A stretch of DNA of 64,000 bases from Patescibacteria group bacterium (GTDB lineage: Bacteria; Patescibacteriota; Patescibacteriia; 2-12-FULL-57-11): assembly GCA_004297205.1 (NCBI GenBank), contig SCUL01000002.1, positions 658,893-722,892 of the forward strand. Reading direction: 5' to 3'. Each line of letters opens with the position of its first letter. Position 1 is the first letter of the stretch. Made by a program: the position numbers and the translations under genes. Shown here in pieces: positions 19,626 to 28,453 of this stretch. The notes beneath the pieces are model-generated. The model did not search any database. It had not been told where the DNA came from and worked only from the letters and a program-made list of their open reading frames with translations.

Positions 19626-22373
19626 ATGGCGAAACGCCTTTCCAAACCGAACGACACGCGCACCGTCCGCACCCTCGCCGCCCTGCGGAAACTTGTGCGT
19701 GGATCGCGGCCGGCGCCGCGTTCCGTCGCGCGCGTGCTGCGCGCCGAAGTCGCGGCACCCGTTGCGCCCCCGCCCGTCGCGTTTTCCGAAGATCGCGCCC
19801 GTGCCATCGCCCGGGCCCTGGCTGCCGCGCCGGATGCGCCGCACCGCTCGCCCGCCGCGCTTTCCATCCGTTCGCACGTCGCCGCGCCCTTGTCGCCTCA
19901 CCTCGTTGAGGCGCGCGCCTCCGGCGTGCCGGACCAGGCGGAGCCCACACGGACCGTGCGCCGCACCGGGATGTTGCGCGCCGTGGCCGATTGGACGTCG
20001 GCCGTGCTCGGCGCGCCGGCCCGCCACAGCGCGGAGCTCCGCCTCAACCCGCATCGCGCCGATCAGGTGCGGCCGGACGCCTTCGCCGCCCGCGTCCGTC
20101 TCCACGCCGATATTCCGGCCGCGCTCGTCCGGGGATTGTCGGATGCCGCCGCAGACGGCGCGTCGATCTTGGTCCGACCCTTCGATGCTGCGTTCAATGC
20201 CGGATCAGGCGACCGGCTGCAGCCGCTCCTGCCCTACACCGCCTCCGCCGTGCCGGAGCATGCCGAGCTGGAGATACCCGAACATGTGACGGCCCACATG
20301 CGCGCGCCGCTCCGAACCGATGCGCCGCCGACACTCACGGATGAGGCCTCGGACTACTGGTTCTCCGGCTTGTTGCCATTCGGGCTGGCCGGCAACTGGC
20401 GCCGCTCGTTGGTCGCCGTCGCGGTCATCGCCATCGTGGCCCTCCTGCCCGTCCATTTCTCGGGGGCGTATGCCAGCGCCCGCCGCTTGGTGGCCGACGT
20501 GCGCGTGCGCGGCGACCAGGCCGTCGCTGCCATGCGCTCGGCCGGTGAAGCCGCGGCGGACCGGGATCTCCCGGCCACGACCTCGGCTTTGGCCGCCGCC
20601 TCGGCCGCCTTCGGCGACGTACGCGCCGCGCTCGGCCCCGTGGGGGGCGCGCTCGTGACGCTGGCTGACAAGCTGCCGGGCGGATCGCGCGCCGCGGCGG
20701 GCGCGGCGCTCTTCACCGCAGGCGACACCTTCACCCGCGCGGGCGAAGAGATCGCCACGCGTTTGGCCGCGCTGGAGCATGACGCGCCGCCCACGGCGGT
20801 CCTGGCCGCGCTGCGCGAGAGCGTGGCGCGCCTGGGCCCTGACGTGGCGCGGGCCGCCGAAGCACTCGCCGCCATCGATCCGGAAGACATCCCGGCCGAG
20901 CACCGCGCCGAAATCGCCGCGCTTGCCGCGAGCGCCGGCGGCATCCGCCAGGCCTTTGCTGATTTCCTGCCGCTGGCCGATGCCACCGGGTCGCTGCTCG
21001 GCGCCGACGGCAGCCGCCGCTATCTGCTCGTCTTCCAGAACCAGCACGAGCTGCGTCCGACCGGCGGGTTCATCGGCAGTTTTGCCGAAGTGACGCTCAA
21101 AGACGGCCGCATCAGCGACGTGCGTTTCCCGCCGGGCGGCTCCTATGACATCCAGGGCGACGTGCGCGCCTGGCTGAACCCGCCGGATCCGCTCCGGCTC
21201 GTGGCCGGCCGTTGGCGCTTCCATGACGCCAACTGGTTCCCGGACTTTCCGACGTCGGCCCGCAAGCTTTCCTGGTTCTACGAAAAGAGCGGCGGTCCGA
21301 CCGTGGACGGCGTGATCGCCGTGAATGCCACGGTGCTGTCCGAATTGCTGGCCGTCGTGGGGCCGGTGGAGATGCCGGACTACGGCGTGACGCTGACCTC
21401 GCAGAACGTCCTCGACGAAGTCCAGCGCGCCATCGAACTGCACCCGGCCGATCCGGCCAAGCCCAAGCAGATCCTAGCCGACCTCATGCCGCTCCTGCTC
21501 GCCCGCCTGCAATCGCCGAGTCCGCAGATGAGCTTGGCGCTTGCCGAGCTCGTCGGTCGCGGACTGGCCGCGCGCCGCATCCAGATCAGCGTCGACGACC
21601 CCGCCGTGGCGGGGACCTTTGCCAGCTTCGGCTGGGACGGTGCGCTCAAGCAGACCGACGGCGACTATCTCGACGTCGTGGTGACCAACATCGGCGGCGA
21701 AAAGACCGACGCCGTGATCCGCGACGACATCATGCATGAGATCGCCATCGCCCATGACGGGCGCGTGACCGACACGGTCACCATGACCCGCACCCACCGC
21801 GGCCGGGCCGGCGTCCCCATGACCGGCACCGGCAACTACACGTATCTGCGCATGTATGTGCCGGAAGGCAGCGCGCTCGTCTCCGCCGACGGCGATTTCG
21901 AGGCGCCGCGGGAGAACCTGTTCATCCCGCGCGAGGAGCGTTACGGCGACGATCCGGAGGTCGTGGCCCCGCTCACGAACGCCGCTGTGGACCGCGCCAG
22001 CGGCACCCGCGTCTATGAGGAACTCGGCAAGACTGTCTTCGCCAACTGGATGCGGTTGCTGCCCGGCGAAAGCAAGATGGTGCGTTTCACCTACGAACTG
22101 CCATTCCGCGTCACCGTGCCCGAGCGCGCCGAAGGCCTCGCCGCGGCGCTGGCCGCTCTTTCCGGCGCGCCGGAGCGGGGTCGCTACACGCTCCTTCTCC
22201 AGAAACAGTCCGGCGCCGAAGAACGCTACGTGACGGTGCGCGTGCGTCCGCCGCAGGGGATGCGTCCGCTCGCGGCCCTCCCGGACGAACTGACGCTGAC
22301 GGAGTCCGACGCCCGCCTCGACGTCTGGCACCAGGAGACCGACCGTTTCCTTGGCGTGCTGTTCGGCTTCTGA
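19626..22373 (+). CDS. large membrane-anchored DUF4012-like protein
   Basis: Internal Met MAKRLSKPNDTRT of ORF 19455..22373; the upstream part overlaps the GT4 gene. TM segment then RYLLVFQNQHELRPTGGFIGSFAEVTL... conserved core. The family assignment is from memory of the motif and is not verified. Confidence 0.7.
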   Translation: MAKRLSKPNDTRTVRTLAALRKLVRGSRPAPRSVARVLRAEVAAPVAPPPVAFSEDRARAIARALAAAPDAPHRSPAALSIRSHVAAPLSPHLVEARASGVPDQAEPTRTVRRTGMLRAVADWTSAVLGAPARHSAELRLNPHRADQVRPDAFAARVRLHADIPAALVRGLSDAAADGASILVRPFDAAFNAGSGDRLQPLLPYTASAVPEHAELEIPEHVTAHMRAPLRTDAPPTLTDEASDYWFSGLLPFGLAGNWRRSLVAVAVIAIVALLPVHFSGAYASARRLVADVRVRGDQAVAAMRSAGEAAADRDLPATTSALAAASAAFGDVRAALGPVGGALVTLADKLPGGSRAAAGAALFTAGDTFTRAGEEIATRLAALEHDAPPTAVLAALRESVARLGPDVARAAEALAAIDPEDIPAEHRAEIAALAASAGGIRQAFADFLPLADATGSLLGADGSRRYLLVFQNQHELRPTGGFIGSFAEVTLKDGRISDVRFPPGGSYDIQGDVRAWLNPPDPLRLVAGRWRFHDANWFPDFPTSARKLSWFYEKSGGPTVDGVIAVNATVLSELLAVVGPVEMPDYGVTLTSQNVLDEVQRAIELHPADPAKPKQILADLMPLLLARLQSPSPQMSLALAELVGRGLAARRIQISVDDPAVAGTFASFGWDGALKQTDGDYLDVVVTNIGGEKTDAVIRDDIMHEIAIAHDGRVTDTVTMTRTHRGRAGVPMTGTGNYTYLRMYVPEGSALVSADGDFEAPRENLFIPREERYGDDPEVVAPLTNAAVDRASGTRVYEELGKTVFANWMRLLPGESKMVRFTYELPFRVTVPERAEGLAAALAALSGAPERGRYTLLLQKQSGAEERYVTVRVRPPQGMRPLAALPDELTLTESDARLDVWHQETDRFLGVLFGF

Positions 22374-22374
22374 T

Positions 22375-24276
22375 ATGGCGAAGAAAGAGAAAAAGCCGAT
22401 GGTGCCGGTCGATGCCGTCGTCGAACCGCCGCCTCCGCCCGCACCCGTTTCCACGGAGGCGGATCTCGAGTACGACCTGCGCCAGATCTACGCCGGGGAC
22501 GACGGCAACATGCCGGACCTCCACACGCTGGAGAAAGCGCGCAGCAACCGGTTGCGCACCGCGCTCATCGCGTTGGTGTTCTTTTTCGGACTCTTGGCCG
22601 CGACGGCCTGGGCCGGGTTCTTTGTCTTCCAGCCGGGCGCGTTCCGCGGCGAAGGCGTCAAAGTCAGCGTCGCAGCGCCCGCACCGCTCGTGGCCGGCGG
22701 CATGGCCACGCTCAAGATCCGTTATGTGAACGGGGAGCGCGTGGCGCTCGGTTCGTTCGAAATCGCCGCCACGTTTCCCGAAGGGTTCCATATGATTTCC
22801 GCCACGCCGCCGCCGATCGAAGGGACGCGCTGGATCATCGGGTCGTTGGGCAGCGGCCAGAGCGGGGAGATCGAAGTGACGGGGACGGTCGACGGCGCCG
22901 TCGGCACGCCGCTGGCCTTTTCCGCCTACGGCACCTACATTCCGGCCAATTTCAATTCCGAATTTCAGTCCGTCGGTTCGCTCACCACCGGGGTCGCCGA
23001 CTCCGTGCTGAAGCTCTCCGTTTCGGGACCGGACCGGACTCCGGCAGGGGAGGCGGTCACGTACCTGGTGCGCTACGAGAACGCCGGCGACGTCACCTTG
23101 TCGGGCGCTGCGGTCGAACTGACGCTGCCGCCGGACTTGCTGATCGAATCCGTGACGCCTGCCCAGCGCGTCGAGGACCGCCGCGTGCCGCTGCCGGACA
23201 TCCTGCCCGGCGCGAGCGGCGAGATAGCCGTCCGCGGCAGCTACGCCTCGGAAGCCAGCGGCCAGCGCATCGTCTCGGCCACGGCCGGCGTGCTCGCTCC
23301 GGACCAGCGGCTCGCCGTCTACGCGCGCGCCGAAGGCCGGACCGACGTCGTCGGCGGCGACCTGGTGCTGACCGCGGTCACGAACGGCGTCTCCGGCACC
23401 GGCCGCGTCAATTTCGGCGACACGTTGCGCACCACGCTGACCTATGAGAACCGCGGCTCGGTCGATTTGAGCGGCGTCGACATCACGCTCGTCTACGAGG
23501 CGCGGCCGACTGCGGGTGGGTCGTTTCTGAATTTTGAGACGCTGTCTGACGAATCCGCCGGGGTGCGCGAGGGCGGCCGCGTCACCTGGACCAAGACGCA
23601 GATCGCCCGGCTGGCGAAGCTCGCGCCCGGCGACGAAGGCACGATCGACGTCAGCATCAACCTCGCCGACGCGCCGTTCAGCTTGTCCGACCGCGCGTAC
23701 GCCGTCGACGTTTCGGCCGAGGCGCGCGTCGCCAAGGTCGGCGACCTGCCGGTCGGTCGCGCCGTGAAGAGCGCCAAGACGACGCTCTCCTTGAACTCCG
23801 ACCTGCGCTTCGGCGCCGCGACCCGCTACTTCAACGACGACGACCTGGCCGTCGGCACCGGGCCCGTGCCGCCGCGCGTCGGCGCCACCACCACCTACCG
23901 CGTTTTCTGGACGGCGGACAACACGCTCCATGAGCTCACCGGACTCACTCTGCGCGTTCCGTTGCCGCCGGGCGTTGCCTACGCCGAGCGCGGCCAGGCC
24001 TCGGCCGGAGAAATCCGTTTCGACACCGCGAGTTCCACGGTCGTCTGGACGTTGAACCGCATGCCGGAATCGGTGACCCGCCTCGACGGCGCCTTCGACG
24101 TGCGCATCGTGCCGACCGCCGCCGATGCCGGAAAGATTCTGTCCTTGACCGGCCCGCTCAGCTTTGAAGCGACCGACACCGCGGCCGGCGGCATCATCGT
24201 CCGCACCATCGAGCCGCTCGACACCAACCTCGAAACCGATCCTCAGGTCTCCGGAAAAGGAAACGTCATCGAATAG
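22375..24276 (+). CDS. membrane-anchored cell-surface protein with DUF11/CARDB-like repeats
   Basis: Short cytoplasmic N-terminus, one TM segment (LRTALIALVFFFGLLAATAWAGFFVF), then at least 4 repeats of the type VTYLVRYENAGDVTLSGAAVELTLPPDL. The start is 2 nt after the previous stop. Confidence 0.6.
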   Translation: MAKKEKKPMVPVDAVVEPPPPPAPVSTEADLEYDLRQIYAGDDGNMPDLHTLEKARSNRLRTALIALVFFFGLLAATAWAGFFVFQPGAFRGEGVKVSVAAPAPLVAGGMATLKIRYVNGERVALGSFEIAATFPEGFHMISATPPPIEGTRWIIGSLGSGQSGEIEVTGTVDGAVGTPLAFSAYGTYIPANFNSEFQSVGSLTTGVADSVLKLSVSGPDRTPAGEAVTYLVRYENAGDVTLSGAAVELTLPPDLLIESVTPAQRVEDRRVPLPDILPGASGEIAVRGSYASEASGQRIVSATAGVLAPDQRLAVYARAEGRTDVVGGDLVLTAVTNGVSGTGRVNFGDTLRTTLTYENRGSVDLSGVDITLVYEARPTAGGSFLNFETLSDESAGVREGGRVTWTKTQIARLAKLAPGDEGTIDVSINLADAPFSLSDRAYAVDVSAEARVAKVGDLPVGRAVKSAKTTLSLNSDLRFGAATRYFNDDDLAVGTGPVPPRVGATTTYRVFWTADNTLHELTGLTLRVPLPPGVAYAERGQASAGEIRFDTASSTVVWTLNRMPESVTRLDGAFDVRIVPTAADAGKILSLTGPLSFEATDTAAGGIIVRTIEPLDTNLETDPQVSGKGNVIE

Positions 24277-24329
24277 TCCCGCCGCGGCGGGACTGGTGCG
24301 TCCGGCAAGAATCTCACACGCTCAAAAGG

Positions 24330-24359
24330 AAAACCGCCCCACAGACGTGAGGCGGTTTT
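24330..24359. terminator. bidirectional terminator between the DUF11 gene and tRNA-Arg
   Basis: AAAACCGCC...GGCGGTTTT hairpin flanked by an A-run and a T-run. Confidence 0.7.
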
Positions 24360-24361
24360 CC

Positions 24362-24436
24362 TGGTGCACCCGCCAAGAATCGAACTTGGATCACAGGCTT
24401 CGGAGGCTTGTGTTCTATCCGTTGAACTACGGGTGC
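24362..24436 (-). tRNA. tRNA-Arg (anticodon CCG), CCA encoded
   Basis: On the minus strand: perfect 7-bp acceptor GCACCCG/CGGGTGC, D-arm GTTC-AACGGATA-GAAC, anticodon loop CTCCGAA, T-arm CCAAG-TTCGATT-CTTGG. One A.C mismatch in the anticodon stem. Confidence 0.85.
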
Positions 24437-24457
24437 AAACGAGTGAGGCGCGACCGT

Positions 24458-25405
24458 CTACTTTCCGCGCAGACGGTTCGCGAGCCGGTACAACGTATAC
24501 CAGAACGGGCGCAGCGGCAACTCCTGCGCCCCCGGCAGGGACACGCGCTGCCCGCCGAAGCCGGTCTTGAAGCGGGTGATGCCGGTCCAGCGATGCGAGG
24601 CGGGTGCGTCGGGCGGCGCGACGCCCCAGAAGTCATACCTCGTGCAGCCGGCGAGCTTGGCGATGCGCATGGCCTCGCCGTGCAATAGATACGGCGCCAT
24701 CAGGTTGCGCTTCAGGTCGGCCGAGGCGCCGTGCAGGTACGTTGCCGTGTCGCCGAAACGGATCAGGATCATGCCGGCGAGAAGATCATCCTCGTGTTCG
24801 GCGATGACCAGATGCGCGGTGCAGGTCTGCGCGTCCTCAAGCGGACCGGCGAGCGCGGTAAGCATCTTCTGATAGTACCCCTCCGGATGCAGGGAGAAGC
24901 CGTCGCGTTTGGCCGTGGCCGCGAATATCTGCCAAACGGCGGGCCAGTCTCCGGCGCCGCCGATGCGTACGGTGACGCCGTGCTTCTGCGCCAGGCGCAG
25001 ATTGTAGCGCGTCTTGTGGTGCATGGCCGCCAGCAGCGCCTCCTCGGATTGCGTCAGGTCCAGAAGGAGCGTGTGCTCCGGCAGGCGCGCGGCTGCGGCG
25101 GTGCCACCCGCGACACCGGCGGACGCGGCCGCTTCGACGTGCAGAAAGGTGCCGTTCGTTTTCTTGAGATCGCCGATGAGGCGCTCGGCGAGCGCCTGCG
25201 TGAACGGTGCGCGGAAAACATCCCATTCGGTGAGGCCACCGGGCAACGGCCGGGACACGACCTGCGCCGCAACGCCGCCCTGCTCGTAGCGGCGCACCTC
25301 GCGGCCGACGTTGCGTTGGAATTCACCCCACTGCCATGACTGCAAGAACGCCCCCGAAACGGGAGCGTGGGCGAGCGCGGCGCGGTTCCATTCCTGGGGC
25401 GACAT
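24458..25405 (-). CDS. FemAB-family peptidoglycan interpeptide-bridge aminoacyltransferase (FemX-like)
   Basis: 315 aa with the FemAB/PF02388 pattern (YNLRLAQKHGV...FLVWTT..., C-terminal RYDFWGV). Confidence 0.75.
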   Translation of the reverse strand: MSPQEWNRAALAHAPVSGAFLQSWQWGEFQRNVGREVRRYEQGGVAAQVVSRPLPGGLTEWDVFRAPFTQALAERLIGDLKKTNGTFLHVEAAASAGVAGGTAAAARLPEHTLLLDLTQSEEALLAAMHHKTRYNLRLAQKHGVTVRIGGAGDWPAVWQIFAATAKRDGFSLHPEGYYQKMLTALAGPLEDAQTCTAHLVIAEHEDDLLAGMILIRFGDTATYLHGASADLKRNLMAPYLLHGEAMRIAKLAGCTRYDFWGVAPPDAPASHRWTGITRFKTGFGGQRVSLPGAQELPLRPFWYTLYRLANRLRGK

Positions 25406-25498
25406 GCCGCCATCCTACAAAAGAAAACCCCGAGGGGCTAGAGGCAGCGGGGATTGACAGGCAGGCTTGGCGGTGCGGGAGGGGCGCCGTGATACAGT

Positions 25499-25951
25499 AT
25501 GGCTGTGGATATGCCGAGCAAGAAAAGATACGTCACGGAAGAGTACTTGGAGACCCGCTTGGACAAGCTCGTCCAGGAGGTCGCGGTTGTATTTCAATCG
25601 AGTTTTTCCGAACAACAGGTCCAGATCAATGAGTTGCGCGAGATGGTCAGGCAGGGTTTTGGGATACTTGATGGTTTTGTGGGAAAGATGAATCGTCTAC
25701 ATACGCTTCGTGAGGTCCATCGCTGCCTCCGATCCGTGAGTCGCTTCGCCGCCACATGCCTTCGGGATGTTCCACCCGTCGGTCACGCTGCGGTTCGTCG
25801 CTCCTCGTCCGATATCACCAGTCAGTCTGATGTTCTCGGAAGAGGAGAGGATCTTGGAAGACCCTCTGGAACGGCCGTCGCCCGTTCCTGCCTGTGCGCT
25901 ACGTCTCGCGCACGAGGTCGATTGCGGCCTGCAGATCGGACATATTCCTGA
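25499..25951 (+). CDS. hypothetical small protein (only the N-terminal ~78 aa unique part is convincing)
   Basis: The N-terminus MAVDMPSKKRYVTEEYLETRLDKLVQEV... looks like a real amphipathic protein. From ~25738 the frame reads through repeat element R1, so the C-terminal ~70 aa may not be genuine. Confidence 0.3.
   Translation: MAVDMPSKKRYVTEEYLETRLDKLVQEVAVVFQSSFSEQQVQINELREMVRQGFGILDGFVGKMNRLHTLREVHRCLRSVSRFAATCLRDVPPVGHAAVRRSSSDITSQSDVLGRGEDLGRPSGTAVARSCLCATSRARGRLRPADRTYS
25738..25892 (-). repeat. intergenic repeat element R1 (long form, tail A)
   Basis: Begins GAGTCGCTTCGCC...GGGATGTTCCACCCGTCGGTCA and ends with the hairpin GGAACGGCCGTCGCCCGTTCCTGCC. The core is diverged. Confidence 0.7.
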
Positions 25952-26111
25952 TCCGGTCCACCAGGCCCACCTTCCTGAGCACCGCGCTGATTTCCCTGCC
26001 ACCCGTCGTCAGGCCGGCCTCGGCCAGCAGCGCCTCGGCCTTCTCCTTCGCCTCGAGCAGGGAGCATCGCTGCGTCTCATGCAGCACCCCCATGACGACC
26101 ATTCTGTTCAT
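25899..26111 (-). CDS. hypothetical small protein (70 aa)
   Basis: MNRMVVMGVLHETQRCSLLEAKEKAEALL..., preceded by GGAGA-7 nt-ATG immediately after repeat R2. Confidence 0.4.
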   Translation of the reverse strand: MNRMVVMGVLHETQRCSLLEAKEKAEALLAEAGLTTGGREISAVLRKVGLVDRIRNMSDLQAAIDLVRET

Positions 26112-26123
26112 GTCTTCGTCTCC

Positions 26124-26293
26124 AGTCGCTTCGCCGCTGCGCGCCTTCGGGATATTCCACCCGTCGATCATGCCGCGTTCTCGTTCCTCGTCTCACGCCA
26201 CGAGTACCTGCTCATGCCTTGAGAAGAGGAGAGGGCGCTTGCGCGTACCGCATCGCCCCCGAGACTTTGACCGCTGTCTCCTGCGGGCCGTGT
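26124..26293 (-). repeat. intergenic repeat element R2 (long form, tail B)
   Basis: AGTCGCTTCGCC...GGGATATTCCACCCGTCGATCA...CCTCGTCTCACGCCACGAG...CTCATGCCTTGAGAAGAGGAGAGG, plus hairpin tail GAGGGCG...CGCCCCC. It sits between the stop of the 172-aa gene and the RBS of the 70-aa gene. Confidence 0.75.
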
Positions 26294-26812
26294 TCACGGC
26301 GTTTCGAGCATGTCTTCCCACGTTCGATCATCGCCCCATTCTGCCTGAACGAGGCGTGCGCCGGCTGGTGTCCAGACACCGCACTGCACCGACATCCAAC
26401 TGACTCTCGGGAGATTCACCGGATCGATGCGAGTGAAGAGCTCGGCCGCCTTCCTTTCGTGGAAGTACCCGATGAGACGGCTGTCGCTCCGATTGTCGTA
26501 ACCGCCATCCGGAAGCTTGAACGGAAGGCAGCCCTCGGGGTGTGTCACACCGTAGACCAGGTGGCCGTCCGAAGCGTCGACGCGGAAACGGACGCGGTAG
26601 ACCCTGCCGATGCTGCTGACGGCTTCCGCGGAAGCCGGTTGGATCTCGGGAGCTTCTCCCTTGAAGAACACGACGATCCAGCCGCAGACGGTGAGAGGTA
26701 CGACTTGGACGCGCAGCTCGCGAGCACGCTTGCGCAGGACGTTCGCCTGGCGATTGAGCTCCTCGACCTGCGACTCCACGCTCTTCAGTTCGCTGACCAA
26801 TAGATGAACCAT
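26294..26812 (-). CDS. hypothetical membrane protein (N-terminal coiled coil, one TM segment, C-terminal domain)
   Basis: 172 aa, SD GGGAGAAAAAATG, MVHLLVSELKSVESQVEELNRQANVLRKRARELR, then TM segment VVPLTVCGWIVVFF. Confidence 0.5.
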   Translation of the reverse strand: MVHLLVSELKSVESQVEELNRQANVLRKRARELRVQVVPLTVCGWIVVFFKGEAPEIQPASAEAVSSIGRVYRVRFRVDASDGHLVYGVTHPEGCLPFKLPDGGYDNRSDSRLIGYFHERKAAELFTRIDPVNLPRVSWMSVQCGVWTPAGARLVQAEWGDDRTWEDMLETP

Positions 26813-26838
26813 TTTTTCTCCCGTTCTCCTTTTTGTTT

Positions 26839-26929
26839 CCTCGTCTCACCGCACGAGCGTCGCTCATGCCTTGAGAAGAGAAGGAGTCGCGTGACTCCTT
26901 GGAACGGCCGTCGCCCGTTCCTGCCTTGA
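26839..26929 (-). repeat. intergenic repeat element R3 (short form, tail A)
   Basis: Core CCTCGTCTCACCGCACGAGCGTCGCTCATGCCTTGAGAAGAGAAGGAG plus hairpins AAGGAGTC-acgc-GACTCCTT and GGAACGGCCGTCGCCCGTTCC. The last hairpin abuts the stop of the lipoprotein gene. Confidence 0.7.
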
Positions 26930-27322
26930 TCAGGGAAACGTCGCCACCCATCCGTTCGGAAGGACGAACTCCTCTGCCGGACCGACGTTCCCGGTGGCCA
27001 CCTCGCCGACGAAATTGCCGTCGATGATCTGGATGTTCCGGAGGTGCGCCTCACGAGCGGGAACCACTCGGCAGCGGCTCCGGACGTGGAAGCCATCGGC
27101 GGCTTCGCAGTGGCCACGCTCGTTGGCGGCATCCGGACCGAACCATGTGCCGCGACCGTCGCGCTCGCAGGTCGCCTCGCAGAGCACGTCGGCAGGCTGC
27201 GGACAGCCCGCCTCGATGATGGCGACGGCTTCGGCCAGGTTGTCGTAGCAGGCATCGCCCTCCGACGGAGGCGACTGCGTGCAGCCGACCAGCATCAGAG
27301 CAGAGAAGATGATTGCACGCAT
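26930..27322 (-). CDS. lipoprotein (lipobox LVGC)
   Basis: MRAIIFSALMLVGC-TQSPP signal/lipobox, 130 aa with 8 Cys. Internal Met of ORF 26930..27586. Confidence 0.6.
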   Translation of the reverse strand: MRAIIFSALMLVGCTQSPPSEGDACYDNLAEAVAIIEAGCPQPADVLCEATCERDGRGTWFGPDAANERGHCEAADGFHVRSRCRVVPAREAHLRNIQIIDGNFVGEVATGNVGPAEEFVLPNGWVATFP

Positions 27323-27336
27323 CGCACACCCCATTG

Positions 27337-27507
27337 AGTCGCTTCGCCGTCGCATGTCTCCGGGATATTCCACCCGTTGATCACGTTTCGGTTCATCGCT
27401 CCTCGTCTCACGCCACGAGCGTCGCTCATGCCTTGAGAAGAGGAGAGGGCGCGTGCGCGAATCGCCGCACCCTCGAGACTTTTTTCGTCGGCTGTCTCCC
27501 GCCGGAA
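27337..27507 (-). repeat. intergenic repeat element R4 (long form, tail B)
   Basis: The best-conserved copy: GAGTCGCTTCGCCGTCGCATGTCTCCGGGATATTCCACCCGTTGATCACG...CGCTCCTCGTCTCACGCCACGAGCGTCGCTCATGCCTTGAGAAGAGGAGAGG, plus tail GAGGGCGCG...CGCACCCTC ending at the stop of the upstream gene. Confidence 0.75.
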
Positions 27508-28095
27508 CTACTTCCGCCACCTCGCGATCTCCTTGAACGTGGCCTCGTCCACCTCTAGACCGGGGGATGATCCGAGGGTCCACCACCGCCGCGGCGGTGC
27601 GGCGACGTCCTTCATCGCCGCCTCGTACTCGTCGACCTCGATGAGGTCGAACAGGACCGACGCGTCGAGACCGATCGCATCATCGATCTCAAGAAGACGC
27701 GCGGCCAGGCCGCTGTCCGCCGTTTCCATGAGCGCGCGCTCGAGTGAGCAGCGCGCCGCGAAGCACGAGCGGACGGTGTGGAACTCGTCAACACCGCACG
27801 GCAACTCGCCGTTCGCGATGAGGGGGAGGATTCCCGCCATTTCCTCGAACTCCTCAGCGCATGCGAGCGCGTAGCGGAGTCCGTCCTCCTCTCTTTTCGC
27901 CGTCATCTGTGCGGCGGCGTCGCACATGTTGCGGAGATCGGCCACCTCCCTTCGCACCTCTTCGGCGGTGTCAGGCTCGCACCCGCACACCCCCTCGTCG
28001 GTGCGGCATGGACAACCCATGCCGGAGTGCCCGTATGGGCGCTCCGAGAAGTTCTTTACCCTCTCTGACCCACAGAAAGCACAAGCCATGTGCAT
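27508..28095 (-). CDS. hypothetical Cys-rich (zinc-ribbon-like) acidic protein
   Basis: Internal Met of ORF 27508..28302 (MHMACAFCGSERVKNF...GMGCPCRTDEGVCGC...). SD AAGGAG precedes the start. The upstream part of the long ORF is repeat-encoded. Confidence 0.5.
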   Translation of the reverse strand: MHMACAFCGSERVKNFSERPYGHSGMGCPCRTDEGVCGCEPDTAEEVRREVADLRNMCDAAAQMTAKREEDGLRYALACAEEFEEMAGILPLIANGELPCGVDEFHTVRSCFAARCSLERALMETADSGLAARLLEIDDAIGLDASVLFDLIEVDEYEAAMKDVAAPPRRWWTLGSSPGLEVDEATFKEIARWRK

Positions 28096-28108
28096 CTCCT
28101 TTTTTCTT

Positions 28109-28262
28109 GAGTCGCTTCGCCACAACGCGCCTCCGGGATATTTCACCCATCGGTCACATTGTAGCTCATCGCTCCTCGTCTCACACCACGAGCGGATTCG
28201 TGAGTTGAGATGAAGAAGAGGATCTTGGAAGACCCTCTGGAACGGCCGTCGCCCGTTCCTGC
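28109..28262 (-). repeat. intergenic repeat element R5 (long form, tail A)
   Basis: GAGTCGCTTCGCCACAACGCGCCTCCGGGATATTTCACCCATCGGTCA...CCTCGTCTCACACCACGAG...GAAGAGGATCTTGGAAGACCCTCTGGAACGGCCGTCGCCCGTTCCTGCC. Confidence 0.75.
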
Positions 28263-28268
28263 CGATTG

Positions 28269-28447
28269 CTACTCGTTCAATGCCATCTCCTCGATCAACC
28301 ACCGTTCGTCGGGGTCCTCGAGGTCCATTTCGTACTTCTCCGCGAGTTCCAACACTCGCTGCGCGAACAGCTGCTGCGCCTTTGTTTCATCGAACCCGGC
28401 GGCGATGAAGTCACCGAGGGTGAAGGCTGCCGTCTCGTACACTGCCA
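28269..28447 (-). CDS. hypothetical small acidic protein (~59 aa)
   Basis: MAVYETAAFTLGDFIAAGFDETKAQQLFAQRVLELAEKYEMDLEDPDERW..., SD GAGGAGG directly after R6. Below the ORF-track length cutoff; coordinates are approximate. Confidence 0.35.
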
Positions 28448-28453
28448 TGGTTT

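Noticed and set aside
25415-25615. 66-aa minus-strand ORF versus the 150-aa plus-strand ORF at 25499..25951
   Set aside because: The minus-strand translation degenerates into Pro/Ser/Arg junk after ~30 aa and has no RBS. The plus-strand N-terminal 78 aa look protein-like, so the plus-strand gene is kept at low confidence.
27337-27420. Hammerhead-like ribozyme core (CGATGA...GAAAC) inside the long-form repeat
   Set aside because: The conserved U of CUGAUGA is missing and there is no helix II between the two boxes; only 3 nt separate them.
27313-27558. Plus-strand ORFs reading through the repeats (for example 27313..27558, 27861..28208, 28210..28497, 25767..26222)
   Set aside because: These consist almost entirely of repeat-encoded sequence (SRFAxxCLRDIPPVDH...) with no unique coding part. 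The well-supported genes of the array, such as the lipoprotein with its lipobox, are on the minus strand.
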